Shown here: in pieces, positions 28,850 to 39,780 of the stretch
How the letters are laid out: each line of letters opens with the position of its first letter
Numbering within the stretch: the first letter of the stretch is position 1
Origin: a bacterium
Lineage (GTDB): Bacteria > UBA8248 > JACPRG01 > G963555815
Direction: 5' to 3'
NCBI GenBank assembly: GCA_965261595.1
Contig: CBDHDG010000006.1
Span: forward strand, 96,001-160,000
DNA: 64,000 bases
Notes under the pieces: generated by a model
What the model saw: only the letters and a program-made list of their open reading frames with translations
Database searches by the model: none
What the model was told of the DNA's origin: nothing
Translations under genes and position numbers: made by a program

Positions 28850-28934
28850 AGCACAATATCCTGCGGGGAACGCATTGGACAACACTAGATATAGTGGTGT
28901 CAAGGAAAAAATTTCGATCCCACAATATTTGCGG
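28850..28934. promoter_or_regulatory. Tandem NrdR boxes overlapping the nrdJ promoter
   Basis: AGCACAATATCCTGCG (28850), AACACTAGATATAGTG (28881, 31 bp later) and CCCACAATATTTGCGG (28919); minus-strand TTGACA at 28898-28903. Confidence 0.85.
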
Positions 28935-29212
28935 CTTTTCCCGGAATCGGTTCGTAAAGTAGACGACATTTTCCCGCGACATTGTCTTTCCCGCCGCCAT
29001 ATTCAGCAAAAAAATAACAAAAGTCAAGCCGCCACACAAAACTTTCGGGGGCCGGCATGAGATTTCGGCGCCCTCATCGGCGTATTCGGACCAGGGGCCC
29101 CAGCCATCGCTCACAACCGACGAATGGATGGAATTCAGGAAAAGGCGGGAAGTCGATCATCACCCGAACACAGCCCCGGTTGTCACCTGCCGGGGTGGAA
29201 CTTTTCCGCCCC

Positions 29213-29317
29213 TTACCCCTTTCGGAAAATCGAAAACGCGGCAACCAGAATGATGACGACGGTCGCCACGCCCATCGCTCCCGTTGCCACAACGAACAGA
29301 AAATCCATGTCAATCAT
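29213..29317 (-). CDS. Small single-pass membrane protein (34 aa)
   Basis: MIDMDFLFVVATGAMGVATVVIILVAAFSIFRKG*; GGAAGGA RBS upstream. Confidence 0.55.
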   Translation of the reverse strand: MIDMDFLFVVATGAMGVATVVIILVAAFSIFRKG

Positions 29318-29495
29318 TGACGCGGCTTCCTTCCCCAATCACCCTTCGCCGGTCTCCGGACCGGAGAAGAACGAACGCATGCGGCTCCATCGACTGTCCA
29401 ATAGAATATGTTCTATCCCGCAAAGGTTGGCAAGCCTCGTTCGCCTTCGGTTTCCCCGAGGCCCAGGGCGCCGCGCCGGTCGGAACATCGGCCGA

Positions 29496-29966
29496 TCAGC
29501 CCCGCCGCCTCAACACGTGAAACCGCAGCGCCGCCCGGACCGTCCCGTAGCCGATCAGCGTCATAACAACGGGAAGGACCAGCCCCAATATCCGAGCGGC
29601 GGGGTTGGGGAAGTCGATGATCCATGCGCGCACAATCAACTCGATTCCCATGTACATCCAGAGGACGCCAGCCAGGACCCGGCTGTTTGTCTGTTTCAAA
29701 AGATAAGCGACGCAGAGGATCAACGCGCCGATGGCCAAGACGGCGATTGCGCCGGTCCGGATCACGATCAAGATCCCGACCATGAGCTGAAGGGCGCCAT
29801 ACGCGGTAAACGCGAGGGATCCGTCCGCGATGATCGTCTCCGCCCCTTCAACGCTTTCAATCGGGTCGATCAGCATTCGGCGGACGCGGCACGCCATGGG
29901 AATCCTCGCCGTCCCCGCCGGCGCCTCTCCTTCCCGGCCTCCGGGGCGCGTCCACCCGAACCTCAT
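29496..29966 (-). CDS. Hypothetical membrane protein (start uncertain)
   Basis: About four hydrophobic segments; ATGA overlap with the upstream TM2 gene. Confidence 0.55.
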   Translation of the reverse strand: MRFGWTRPGGREGEAPAGTARIPMACRVRRMLIDPIESVEGAETIIADGSLAFTAYGALQLMVGILIVIRTGAIAVLAIGALILCVAYLLKQTNSRVLAGVLWMYMGIELIVRAWIIDFPNPAARILGLVLPVVMTLIGYGTVRAALRFHVLRRRG

Positions 29967-30388
29967 CGCATTCTAACCTGTTGGATGATCCCCCTTTCGA
30001 TCTCTTCATTCGCCCTCGCCACCTGCCGGTGCAACGTGAACAGGTCCACGAACCACCAAACCAAATACGCGAGGAGCCCCAAGAGAGCGATCACGACGGC
30101 CGGGCTTGCGAAGGCCGACCACTCGACGGGTCCTTGGGCGTCCCGCCCGCCGGCCGCGTCCACGGCACCCAGGATGAAGACCAGAACGGCCAGCCACGGG
30201 ACGATGAGGTAGAAAATCCCCTGTCTGACTTTCCCGAGGTAGAACTTGTGAACGGCCAAACCCGAGAGGAAAAACCAGAGCAGGTACGCGACACCCGTGG
30301 ATTTCTTCACCTTGTCGAATTCGCTCCCGAAGATCTCCATCTCCCTCGGGGTCAAGGTCTTTTTGAGCGAGATCAAATCCCCTTCCAT
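29963..30388 (-). CDS. TM2-domain membrane protein
   Basis: KKSTGVAYLLWFFLSGLAVHKFYLGK...WWFVDLF. Confidence 0.85.
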   Translation of the reverse strand: MEGDLISLKKTLTPREMEIFGSEFDKVKKSTGVAYLLWFFLSGLAVHKFYLGKVRQGIFYLIVPWLAVLVFILGAVDAAGGRDAQGPVEWSAFASPAVVIALLGLLAYLVWWFVDLFTLHRQVARANEEIERGIIQQVRMR

Positions 30389-30446
30389 CGCTTCCACCCT
30401 CCGAAAGAAGTCCCTCCGCCGCCCCTCCCCCCCCCCGCGCCCGGGT

Positions 30447-31040
30447 TTACTTCAACCCCTCCTCCAGCCTTTCGCGCGTCGCGAGGTCGTCGACAAAGTG
30501 ATGCGCCTCCGCTTCCACCCCCAGGGCGTTGGCCACCCGGGCGATGTAATTCCGGTAGCTCGCCAGACACGCGATTTCCAGGATTTCAATGTCCGTCCAG
30601 CCGTGCGCGCGCAGGCCCTCGACGTCGGTTTCCGTGATGGAGGCGGGGTTGAGGGTGATCTTCTCCGCATACCCCAGCATGGCCATGTCTTTGTCGTCCA
30701 CGCCGGCGCTTCGCCAATCCTCCTTCAGCTCGAGCATCAGCTTCTTCGCCGCCCCGTCGCCCACTTCACAGAGAAACTCTCCGTGAGAAATCGTTCAGTA
30801 TCGGCACTTGAGCAGGGCGGAGACCGTGACGGCCACCATCTCCTCCCGCTCGCGGCCCAGGCTGGAGCCTCCGAACGTGACGGCGTGGGAGAACGCCTGG
30901 TAGGCCCGCATCAGCTCCGGCTTGAGGCTGTGGACCTTGACGATGTTCCCCACGTAATCCCGCTTCTCGCGGGCCTTATCATAAATCTCCTTGACCGCTC
31001 CGGCGGCTTCCGATTCAGCGACGGTTCCGATCCACGACAT
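30447..31040 (-). CDS. AhpD/carboxymuconolactone decarboxylase-like selenoprotein (CxxU; Sec at codon 82)
   Basis: Two track ORFs are one frame joined by TGA at 30795-30797: EMVAVTVSALLKCRY-U-TISHG. A hairpin follows the UGA. Confidence 0.88.
30766..30786 (-). promoter_or_regulatory. SECIS-like hairpin
   Basis: UCACGGAG-AGUUU-CUCUGUGA, beginning after an 8-nt spacer 3' of the UGA, with a G in the loop. Confidence 0.7.
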
Positions 31041-31074
31041 CGTCCAACCTCCATTCGTTTCAGGGGACTTGCGG

Positions 31075-32700
31075 TCAAATCTCCGATTCGATTCCCTCAT
31101 CCGCCAGCCGCCGGCCCGTCTCGTAGTAATTCCCCTCGACCGCCCGGAGCCCGTCTTCATCGTACACCTCCGACCAGTCCCCCAGGGGGTAGCCGAACCA
31201 GGGCGTCCGCGGCGTCAGGGGGGGAAGGCCGCATTTCTCCCAGATCGCCCGGGCGCGCTCCATGTATTCCCGCTTCGGCAAAGAAACGGGCGGATACGGG
31301 TGCTTCCGCGTGGCGTCGATCAAGACGGCCGAAAGCCCGGTGACGCCCGGGTAGAACTTCTCCGCCTCCGAAGCGCCGGGAGGTGCGCTGGCCGGGTCCA
31401 GGTTGCTCCCTTTGCCCGAAACGAAGCGCATGTCCCGTTCCGGGATGAGCCGGAAGCTCATGGCCCACAGGATCGATTCCGCGTCCGCCGGATCGATGTC
31501 GTCGTCCACGGCCACGATGATCTTTCCGTAAGTCGGGGAGTAAGACGCGGCGGCGTACAGGGCCTGCCAGGCCTGGGCCGGATTCTCCTTGTCCACCCGG
31601 ATGGCGATGAACTGGTGGGAGCCCCCCATCTCGTGAAAAGACACCTGTTTCACGGCGACGTTGTGGCAATCGTACCGGAGGAACTTGTAGTAGTTGGACT
31701 CATAGGCGATCTGCCTCAGCTTGCTCGACTCGCTGGGCGGCATCTGGCTGATGAAGACCTGGGTGATCGGGTCCCGCCGGTGGGTGACGGCCGTGACGTG
31801 AACGACCGGCGCCATTCCCCGCAGGCCGTAGAATCCGGTGTATTCGCCGAAGGGGGCTTCCGGCTCCAGGTAATCGGTGGGGATCTCCCCCTCGATGACG
31901 ATCTCCGCCGTTGCGGGGACCTCCAGGTCCACCGTCTTGCACTTCACCAGGGGAATCGGCTCTCCCGAAATCCCCCCCGCCACGGCGAGCTCGTCCACCT
32001 CCAGGGGAAGCTTGGCGGCGCTGGCCATGCAGATATTGGGCGCGCAGCCGAGCACCGCCGCCACGGGCAGGGTCTTCATCCCCAGCTTCCTCGCCCGGCG
32101 GAGGAGGAGGATGAGGTCGGACTGCTCGTAGGCCAGGAGGCCCGTCTTGTCCGGCGCCTTGAGGTGGGCCCGGTAGGTGCCCATGTTGCGGATGCCCGTC
32201 TCGGGGTCCCGGGAAACCCAGCAGGCGGCCGTGATGAAGGGGGCCGGGTCGAGGCCGGGCGTGGAGATGGGGATCGGAAACTCGTCCAGCCCGCCGTGCT
32301 CCCGCCCGAAGTCGGCCGCCAGGTGGACTTCCTCCTGGGCCGGACCGCCGGAAACCGTCTCGGGGGATATGGGATGATTCCGGGCCCGCACCCAGCGCTC
32401 GGCGGTCTCCTCTTCCTTGCACCTCATCCCGAGGGCGTACATCCCGCGCGAGACGGCCGTCACCGCCACGGCCACGGGGGTCTTGAACTTCCGGCCGCGG
32501 GCGTCCGTCACGTTCTCGAACAGGAACGCCTTTCGCCGCTCTTCCGGCAATCCCCGGAACTGCCAGCGGACGAGCGGCATGATCTCCGTGTCCTTGTTGA
32601 CAGGCTCCGTGATGCGATACAGAAGGTCGTTCTCTTCCAGGGCGGCAATGTACTCCCGCAGGTCCCGGTAATACCCTGTGGACTTGTCCGCTCGACTCAT
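31075..32700 (-). CDS. UbiD family prFMN-dependent (de)carboxylase
   Basis: RDLREYI, NMGTYR, VPATAEIVIEG, EAPFGEYTG, VAVDDDIDP, IDATRK. Confidence 0.93.
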   Translation of the reverse strand: MSRADKSTGYYRDLREYIAALEENDLLYRITEPVNKDTEIMPLVRWQFRGLPEERRKAFLFENVTDARGRKFKTPVAVAVTAVSRGMYALGMRCKEEETAERWVRARNHPISPETVSGGPAQEEVHLAADFGREHGGLDEFPIPISTPGLDPAPFITAACWVSRDPETGIRNMGTYRAHLKAPDKTGLLAYEQSDLILLLRRARKLGMKTLPVAAVLGCAPNICMASAAKLPLEVDELAVAGGISGEPIPLVKCKTVDLEVPATAEIVIEGEIPTDYLEPEAPFGEYTGFYGLRGMAPVVHVTAVTHRRDPITQVFISQMPPSESSKLRQIAYESNYYKFLRYDCHNVAVKQVSFHEMGGSHQFIAIRVDKENPAQAWQALYAAASYSPTYGKIIVAVDDDIDPADAESILWAMSFRLIPERDMRFVSGKGSNLDPASAPPGASEAEKFYPGVTGLSAVLIDATRKHPYPPVSLPKREYMERARAIWEKCGLPPLTPRTPWFGYPLGDWSEVYDEDGLRAVEGNYYETGRRLADEGIESEI

Positions 32701-32986
32701 TCCCGCCTCCGCTGTCGGGTGAAACATTCGGTGAAGGTGAAGGAGATCATAACATGTCGGCAGCGGAGGACGCTTCCTTCGGGTTCAGTCGAGACAAGGT
32801 TTGAAAGGCGGCGATTCGACGCGGTAAGATTCGGCGATGGGCGCGCGAAGGCAAAAAACGGGGCCGGGCGTTACGTCCTGGATCAGAAAATGCCGGGGGA
32901 GGGTGATTCTCGGCTGCTTGCTTTCGATGCCCGCCGCGTCGTCCGGTCAGGCCGGCGCGGGCGCGTCAAAGGGGGATCAAGAAAAA

Positions 32987-33928
<942 letters not shown>

Positions 33929-34039
33929 GCGTAAGGGCCTCAGAAAGCACCCTCCGGGCGTTCCGGTTTCCCAACGGGTCCGGACACCCGGAGATCCCGG
34001 CCGCGGGGTTTGGACCCCCCCTCCCCCCCTCCCCCCCTG

Positions 34040-37000
34040 TTAAGCCGGTACGACCTTGACGCGCGTGTCGTAGAAGGAAGCGCTTCCGCCGATGACGTCG
34101 GAGAGGCAAACGTTTTTCAATCCCTCGTCGATGCGCATCGCGGCGTTGGGGCAAAGCCCGGTGGCCCGGCGCGGGTCCCCCTTGATGGTCTTGCCGTCCA
34201 CGACAATGTCCCTCGCCCCGTAGGCCCAGTGGCCGTAGTGCCAGGAGACCGCCGCCACGCCGGGGCGCATGCCCTCAATCGCCCGGACCCGCCCCACCAT
34301 CCGGACGCGGTCCCCGTTGCCGAGGTCCCATTCCCCTTTGATGTTCGTTTTGCACAGCAGGGCGGCCGGCTCTCCGTCCCGCAGACCCATTCTCAGGACG
34401 TCGCGCCGGTTCATGAGGATGAAATTCTCGGGCAGCACGGCGGTTTGTGTCCAGTAGTTCCCGGCCGTCCGCGAATGGCCCCCGGTGATCTCCTTGTAGG
34501 TGATCAACTGGAGCGGGAATTCTCTGTCTTCGACGACCTTTCCGCCGGCCTCGGTGACGGGGCGATACGCGGGCGCACCGGAAAACCGTTTGCCGGTCAT
34601 GGAGTCCTTCGCCCCGGCCACCCGCTCGATGTACAGGTTCAACATCCTCTGGAAAGCGTAGGCGGCTCTGCCGTTCTTGTAGGTCTTTCCGAAGTCCTCG
34701 TACCTTCCGCCCCGGTTCAGGAGGGTGACGACGCGCTTCCAGTGCGGCCCGGCCGCCTTCCGCCACTTCTTCGGGTCATAGACAGAGCGCGGCAGGTGCC
34801 TGCGGGCGACGGCGAAGAGTCTCATCTCCCGGGCGTCCGCATCGGGCAGCGCCTCGCCCGGCTTGTCGCTGGCCGCCAGGTTGGCGGCCAGCCTGAGGTA
34901 GTAATCCTCGGGCCGGACAAAATCTTGTCCGGGGCCGAACCCGTCCTTTCCATACCCGGGGAGGTTCAGCCGCTCGGCGACGGCCAGCATGAAGGACTCC
35001 ATGCTGATGGGCATCTCCTCTCCAAACACCCGCACCGTCTCGGTGATCGGCGCGACCGTGGGCTGCCGGACCTTGCTCGACTTCGAGAGCACGTCGGGCG
35101 TGGTGTGGGGCGTGCCCCACCGCTCCAGAAAGCTGAGGTCGGGGATGATGTAGTCGGCGTACATCGACGTCTCGGCGACCACGATGTCGCAAGCGACGAA
35201 CAAGGGCAACCGTTTCGGGTCGCGCAGGAAGTCGATGATCGCGTGCCCGGCCGGCGTCGCGAAGACCGGGGTCCCCATGTGGAGGAAAACGGCCTGAACG
35301 GGGTAGGGGTATCCGTCCTCGGCCGAAGGCAGGATCTCCTGGTAGACGTTGCTCGTGAACGGGAACCAGGGCCGTTTCGCCGGGTAGCCGGCGAAGAGGG
35401 TCGATTTCTCGTAGCGGGATCCCTCGCGGGTGAGTTTCACACCGAAGGGGGTGAGCTTCCCGGGATGCAGCTTTTTCTTGACGTTGAAAGGCCGGCCGGG
35501 CTTGTCGCCGAGCTCGTGCCAGTGGCCTCCCGCCCTGGATGAGACCGCCGCGATGATCGATGTTCCCCACGAGCAGGTTCAGGCTGATGATGGCCTGGGC
35601 CGTGTAGTAACCATGGGTGTGCTGAACGGGACCGCGGTACAACTCGGCGACGGCCTTCTTGCCGTGGGCGGTGAATTCGCGCGCGAAGTCCACGATGGTC
35701 CTGCGGGAGAGGCCCGCCAGGCGCGCCCACCGTCCGAGGGACTTGGCCTCGGCCCGTTCCTGGAGAATCCGGAAGGCGCTCACGAACTGGATCCCGTTCA
35801 CCTCCCCGGCCGCGTCGAGGTCGCCTTCAACGGGATTCATTTTGCCGTTCGGGTCAACGGCCAGAAGCTCCCCACCGCGCGAGACGACGAGCTGATCTTT
35901 GGGGCCGAGGCCGAGGTCCGCCGCCCGCAGGAACGCGCCGGGCGATCCGTCTGGCTCCAGACGCACCAAGTGTGTCGCGCCCGTCCAACAGGTCTCGCCG
36001 TCGGCCTTTGCGGCCGCCGCGTTCGCGTTTTCCAGGAATTTCAGGTCGTGGCGGCCTTCCTTGATGATCACGCGGATCATCCCCAGCGCCAGCGCCGCGT
36101 CGCCTCCCGGCCGGATGGGCGCCCAGCGCCAAGCCTTCGCAGCGGTCTTGGAGAGCCGGGGATCCACCACGGCGATCTTGAGACGGCCCGTCGAGAGCCC
36201 TTCGCACACCTTTTCGGCCATGTTCGTGGGGCCGAAGTTCGCCTCGAACGCGCCGGTGCCGAAAAAAATAATGAACTCGCTATTCGAGGAATCCGGTTTC
36301 ATGTGGGTCTTGCCGCCGGTCCACTTGCCCTTTTTGAACTGTCGGGTCATCTCCTTGTACGCGATGTGGTGGCTCTGTTCGCAGATGCTGGTGTGATCAA
36401 ACCGGTTGTTGCTCCCGAATCCGTTGAGGAGCCAGCGGTTGGCCCATTCTTTGCGGCCGTGCTCGATCCGCCCGAACAGGCCGACGAACCGGTTGTTCTT
36501 CGGACCGAGGTCCGGGTGCTCGGGATCGATCAAAACGTTCATGCGGTCCCGGTATTCGGCCCGGAAGGCCTCGGGGGTCATTTTCCCGTTTCCCACCTTC
36601 TTGGCGTCGGCCGCCATCGTTTTGGAGAGTTTCGCGTCCCGCAGGACGAACAGGCTGCGCAGACCGGGCGCGGTGCGGTCCCTTTCTCCGGGAACCTTCC
36701 GGAAGGTTCGGCCGCCTTCGACGATTTCCTCGACGGCCTGTTTAAAAGGGATGGACTCCCAACGGTTGGCGCCCCGCGGCCCCGCACGATTCAGCACCTT
36801 GCGGAGGCGGTGCGGATCGTAAAGGGTCTGGATCCCGGCCTGCCCCTTCGGGCAGAGCTTTCCGTCCACGGACGCGGCCTTTTCCAGACTCGTCGCCGTG
36901 GGGAGGTGCGGAAGCATCGTCTGCGTGCCGTAGGGGCTGCCGTCAATTTTCACGGCGACCCCGTCGAGGATTTTGACTTTAATGGGACAAGCCGTGTGGC

Positions 37001-37226
37001 ATTGGAGGCAAACAGAGTGAATCTGGTTCTCCGCCCGGGCGAGGGGGTGGATCGACCCTTCGGAGACCCCCGGCACGGCCGCCCGCGCCCGCTGAATCTT
37101 GTCGGCCATGAGCGCCGTTCCGCCCAGCAGCGCCGCGCCCTTGAGAACGGACCGCCGCGTCACCCGGCTTGAGCCGTTCGCCTCAAGCGGACGGGTCATC
37201 CGTTTCTTGTCTTCACTCTGCTCCAT
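34040..37226 (-). CDS. Mo-bisPGD catalytic subunit, tetrathionate/selenate reductase A-like (TtrA/SrdA); one extra G at ~35530
   Basis: Tat motif TRRSVLK, CLQCHTAC Fe-S motif, KLCPKG, HTSICE, ADYIIPD. Removing one G gives GGLIQGGGHWHE continuing into the 34040-35440 frame. Confidence 0.85.
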
Positions 37227-37230
37227 CGCT

Positions 37231-38454
37231 TTAGACCTCCCTGACGTTCGCGCCGATTATCGGGAGCATGCGGAGACCCAGATAGAAAACGGCGATCCCC
37301 ACGGCAACCACGAACAAGGTCACCAGCCACTCCATGGCGCTCGGGAAATACTCGAAACCGAGCCGGCTGTCCCGGAAGGCGCTCTCCAGGGCCTTGAGCT
37401 CCGGAACCGCGAGACCCGGGATCACAATATTGAGCCGGACGGACAGAAAGGTGGTCGCGATGAGAAAGGCCGCCGTCCCCACGGCGGGGACGCGCCTCGG
37501 CCAGAGCAGCAGGATGGCGGCCGGAACGACGACGCCGAGCAGGACGTGCACGATCCAGAACACCCACCAGAAATCCCCGAAGAGGAGCACTTTGTAAGCA
37601 TCCACGTGGGCCGGGATCGATCCCCACAGGGCGATGGTCGCCTCCGCCCACTCCAGGAGAACGTCCAGGGCCAAAAAAGCCAGGGTCATCCGCCCGAGGT
37701 CGACAACCAGCCTGCGGTACGCCGGAGCGGCTTTATCGGGCCACACAAGGACCACTGTCACCGTCAGGAGCGCCGCTCCCGACGCCAGGGCCGAGACGAG
37801 AAACAGGATCGGATAAAGACCCGAGTGCCAGCATGGACGAGCCCCGATGACACCAAACAGGGCGCCGACCCCGCCGGAAAATGCAATGGCGAGAGCCACG
37901 CCGACGCCCCCGAGAACACGGAGGACCTTCGCGTCGCGCATCGCCGATTCCGGGCGGACGTCCCGCCGGCCGAAACACAGGAAATTCGACCACCCGGCCC
38001 ATGCGCCGCCGCTTGCGGCGCGGGCCGCCATGTCGGCCCGCAGGGAGAACCAGAGCTCCACCACCAGCAGGACGAAGTAGGCGGTGTAGAACCAGACCAT
38101 CCAGGCCATCATCGACAGGAAGTTGGGTTGGGTGTAAAAGCGCCAGAATCGCCCCATGTGGCCGAGGTCGAGCCAGATGATGAGCAGCGCGCCGACCAGG
38201 GTCGCCAGCGCCGTCAACAGCGCCATACGCCCGATCGGCTCGAACCGCTCGATCCGAAACACATAAACCAGCGTCGAGAGGAGAAACGCCCCCGCCGACA
38301 GGCCGACCAGGTAGATGTAGACCGCCACCCAGAGGCCCCAAGGGATGTAGCTGTTGTAGGCGGTCGCCTCATGCCCGGTCAGAAGGCGCTGGCTGACGCC
38401 GACGGCGCCCGCGGCGAACAGCGCCAGCCACAACAGAAACAGGAGCCGCTTCAT
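37231..38454 (-). CDS. NrfD/PsrC-family membrane anchor subunit
   Basis: PWGLWVAVYIYLVGLSAG, DLGHMGRF, SMMAW; many TM helices. Confidence 0.92.
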   Translation of the reverse strand: MKRLLFLLWLALFAAGAVGVSQRLLTGHEATAYNSYIPWGLWVAVYIYLVGLSAGAFLLSTLVYVFRIERFEPIGRMALLTALATLVGALLIIWLDLGHMGRFWRFYTQPNFLSMMAWMVWFYTAYFVLLVVELWFSLRADMAARAASGGAWAGWSNFLCFGRRDVRPESAMRDAKVLRVLGGVGVALAIAFSGGVGALFGVIGARPCWHSGLYPILFLVSALASGAALLTVTVVLVWPDKAAPAYRRLVVDLGRMTLAFLALDVLLEWAEATIALWGSIPAHVDAYKVLLFGDFWWVFWIVHVLLGVVVPAAILLLWPRRVPAVGTAAFLIATTFLSVRLNIVIPGLAVPELKALESAFRDSRLGFEYFPSAMEWLVTLFVVAVGIAVFYLGLRMLPIIGANVREV

Positions 38455-38464
38455 TTCGCACCTC

Positions 38465-39325
38465 CTAGAGCAGGTAGAAGACCTTGGGCGAGGTGCCCAT
38501 CTCTTCTTTCAGGCGCATGACATTGGGCCGGCCCATCAGCCCGCTCACGAGGCTGTCGGGATCGTTCGCGTCGCCGAAATACGTCGCCCCGCCGATGCAG
38601 GTCGTCACGCACCCGGGGAGCTGGCCGGCGTGGAGCCGGTGAAGGCAGAAGTGGCATTTCCGCACGTTGCCGATGGGAGAGCGGCCCCTCTTCCGTACAC
38701 GCTTTTTCCCGTATTCGAAGGACGCCTTTTTCTCATAGGGCTGAAGCTTGTCCCGGGGATTGTAGTTGTCCCCGAAGTCGAACGTTCGGGCGCTGTAGGG
38801 GCAGGCGGTGATGCAGTAGCGGCAGCCGATGCAAACGTCGTAATCGATGTCCACGATGCCGTCGGGGCGTTTTTTCGTTGCGCCCACGGGGCAAACGGAA
38901 ACGCAGGGCGGGTTGTCGCACTGCATGCAGGGACGGGGGATGAAGCGGCGGCTGACGTTGGGGTAAACGCCGATTTCCTCCTCCAAAACGGGCCGGTACA
39001 CCACGCCCGGCGGAAGCGCGTTCTCCACAATGCAGGCGGACGTACAGGCCGTGCAGCCCACGCACTTTCGAAGGTCGATCACCATGACCCATCGGCGCTT
39101 GCCGACGGGTTTTTTCAGGGCGCGGGCGAGCTCCCGCTGCATGCGAAGCAGGATGGACTCGCCCTCCTCCCGATCGGGAAGGGGGGGAAGGGGGGAAAGG
39201 GAGGGATTCGCCTCCCGGGCGAAAGCGGCCGGCGGCGCGACGGCCGCGGCCCCGCCCGCTGCCGCCGCCGTCTTCAGAAAAGCCCTCCGGCTGATTCGGC
39301 CGCGGCGTCCGTCTTTGTCGGCCAT
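38465..39325 (-). CDS. 4Fe-4S dicluster subunit (TtrB/SrdB/NrfC-like) with Tat signal
   Basis: [46 protein letters not shown]. Confidence 0.93.
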   Translation of the reverse strand: MADKDGRRGRISRRAFLKTAAAAGGAAAVAPPAAFAREANPSLSPLPPLPDREEGESILLRMQRELARALKKPVGKRRWVMVIDLRKCVGCTACTSACIVENALPPGVVYRPVLEEEIGVYPNVSRRFIPRPCMQCDNPPCVSVCPVGATKKRPDGIVDIDYDVCIGCRYCITACPYSARTFDFGDNYNPRDKLQPYEKKASFEYGKKRVRKRGRSPIGNVRKCHFCLHRLHAGQLPGCVTTCIGGATYFGDANDPDSLVSGLMGRPNVMRLKEEMGTSPKVFYLL

Positions 39326-39624
39326 CTCATCGCCTCCTCATGGATTTCCCATCCATGAATCCGTACACGGGGCGTAACAGAGCCTCTCCGGAATCCTCGG
39401 GACGAAGACCCGGGTCCTTTGGCTGTGGGTTCAATCGACTGTTCGGGAGTAAGGCGTCATGTGGAGGGCGAGGTGAACTTTTCGTTCGGTCATGCGAGGC
39501 GATGTCCACTTCTTGCGCGTCTTTGGAGCGAGTCATTGTTCCCTATCCCCGCAGGAGAAAGATCCCTTCTAGACTTTGAGATGCGTCCGATCTCCGGATT
39601 TCGCTATGATCCAAGTCAGCCACT

Positions 39625-39640
39625 TGTGAAAAAAATCACA
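39625..39640. promoter_or_regulatory. CRP-type binding site
   Basis: Exact TGTGA-N6-TCACA, extended palindrome TTGTGA-AAAAAA-TCACAA. Confidence 0.7.
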
Positions 39641-39780
39641 AATGGGCGGATTCGCCCGTGGAGAACGCCGGCGGAGCCGGGCCGGCGTGCGGAGCGGCCA
39701 AGGGGAGGGAAGGGGGAAGGGTGCGCGCCGCCGCTTCATTTTTGCGCCGGTCGTTGCGGGAAATTCAGAAAGCGGGGTCG

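Noticed and set aside
28692..29210. Cobalamin riboswitch upstream of nrdJ
   Set aside because: No recognisable B12-box or GCCACTG core was seen; NrdR boxes account for the regulation.
39327..39536. 69-aa ORF directly upstream of the 4Fe-4S gene
   Set aside because: It has a possible RBS but no recognisable features; it cannot be distinguished from leader sequence.
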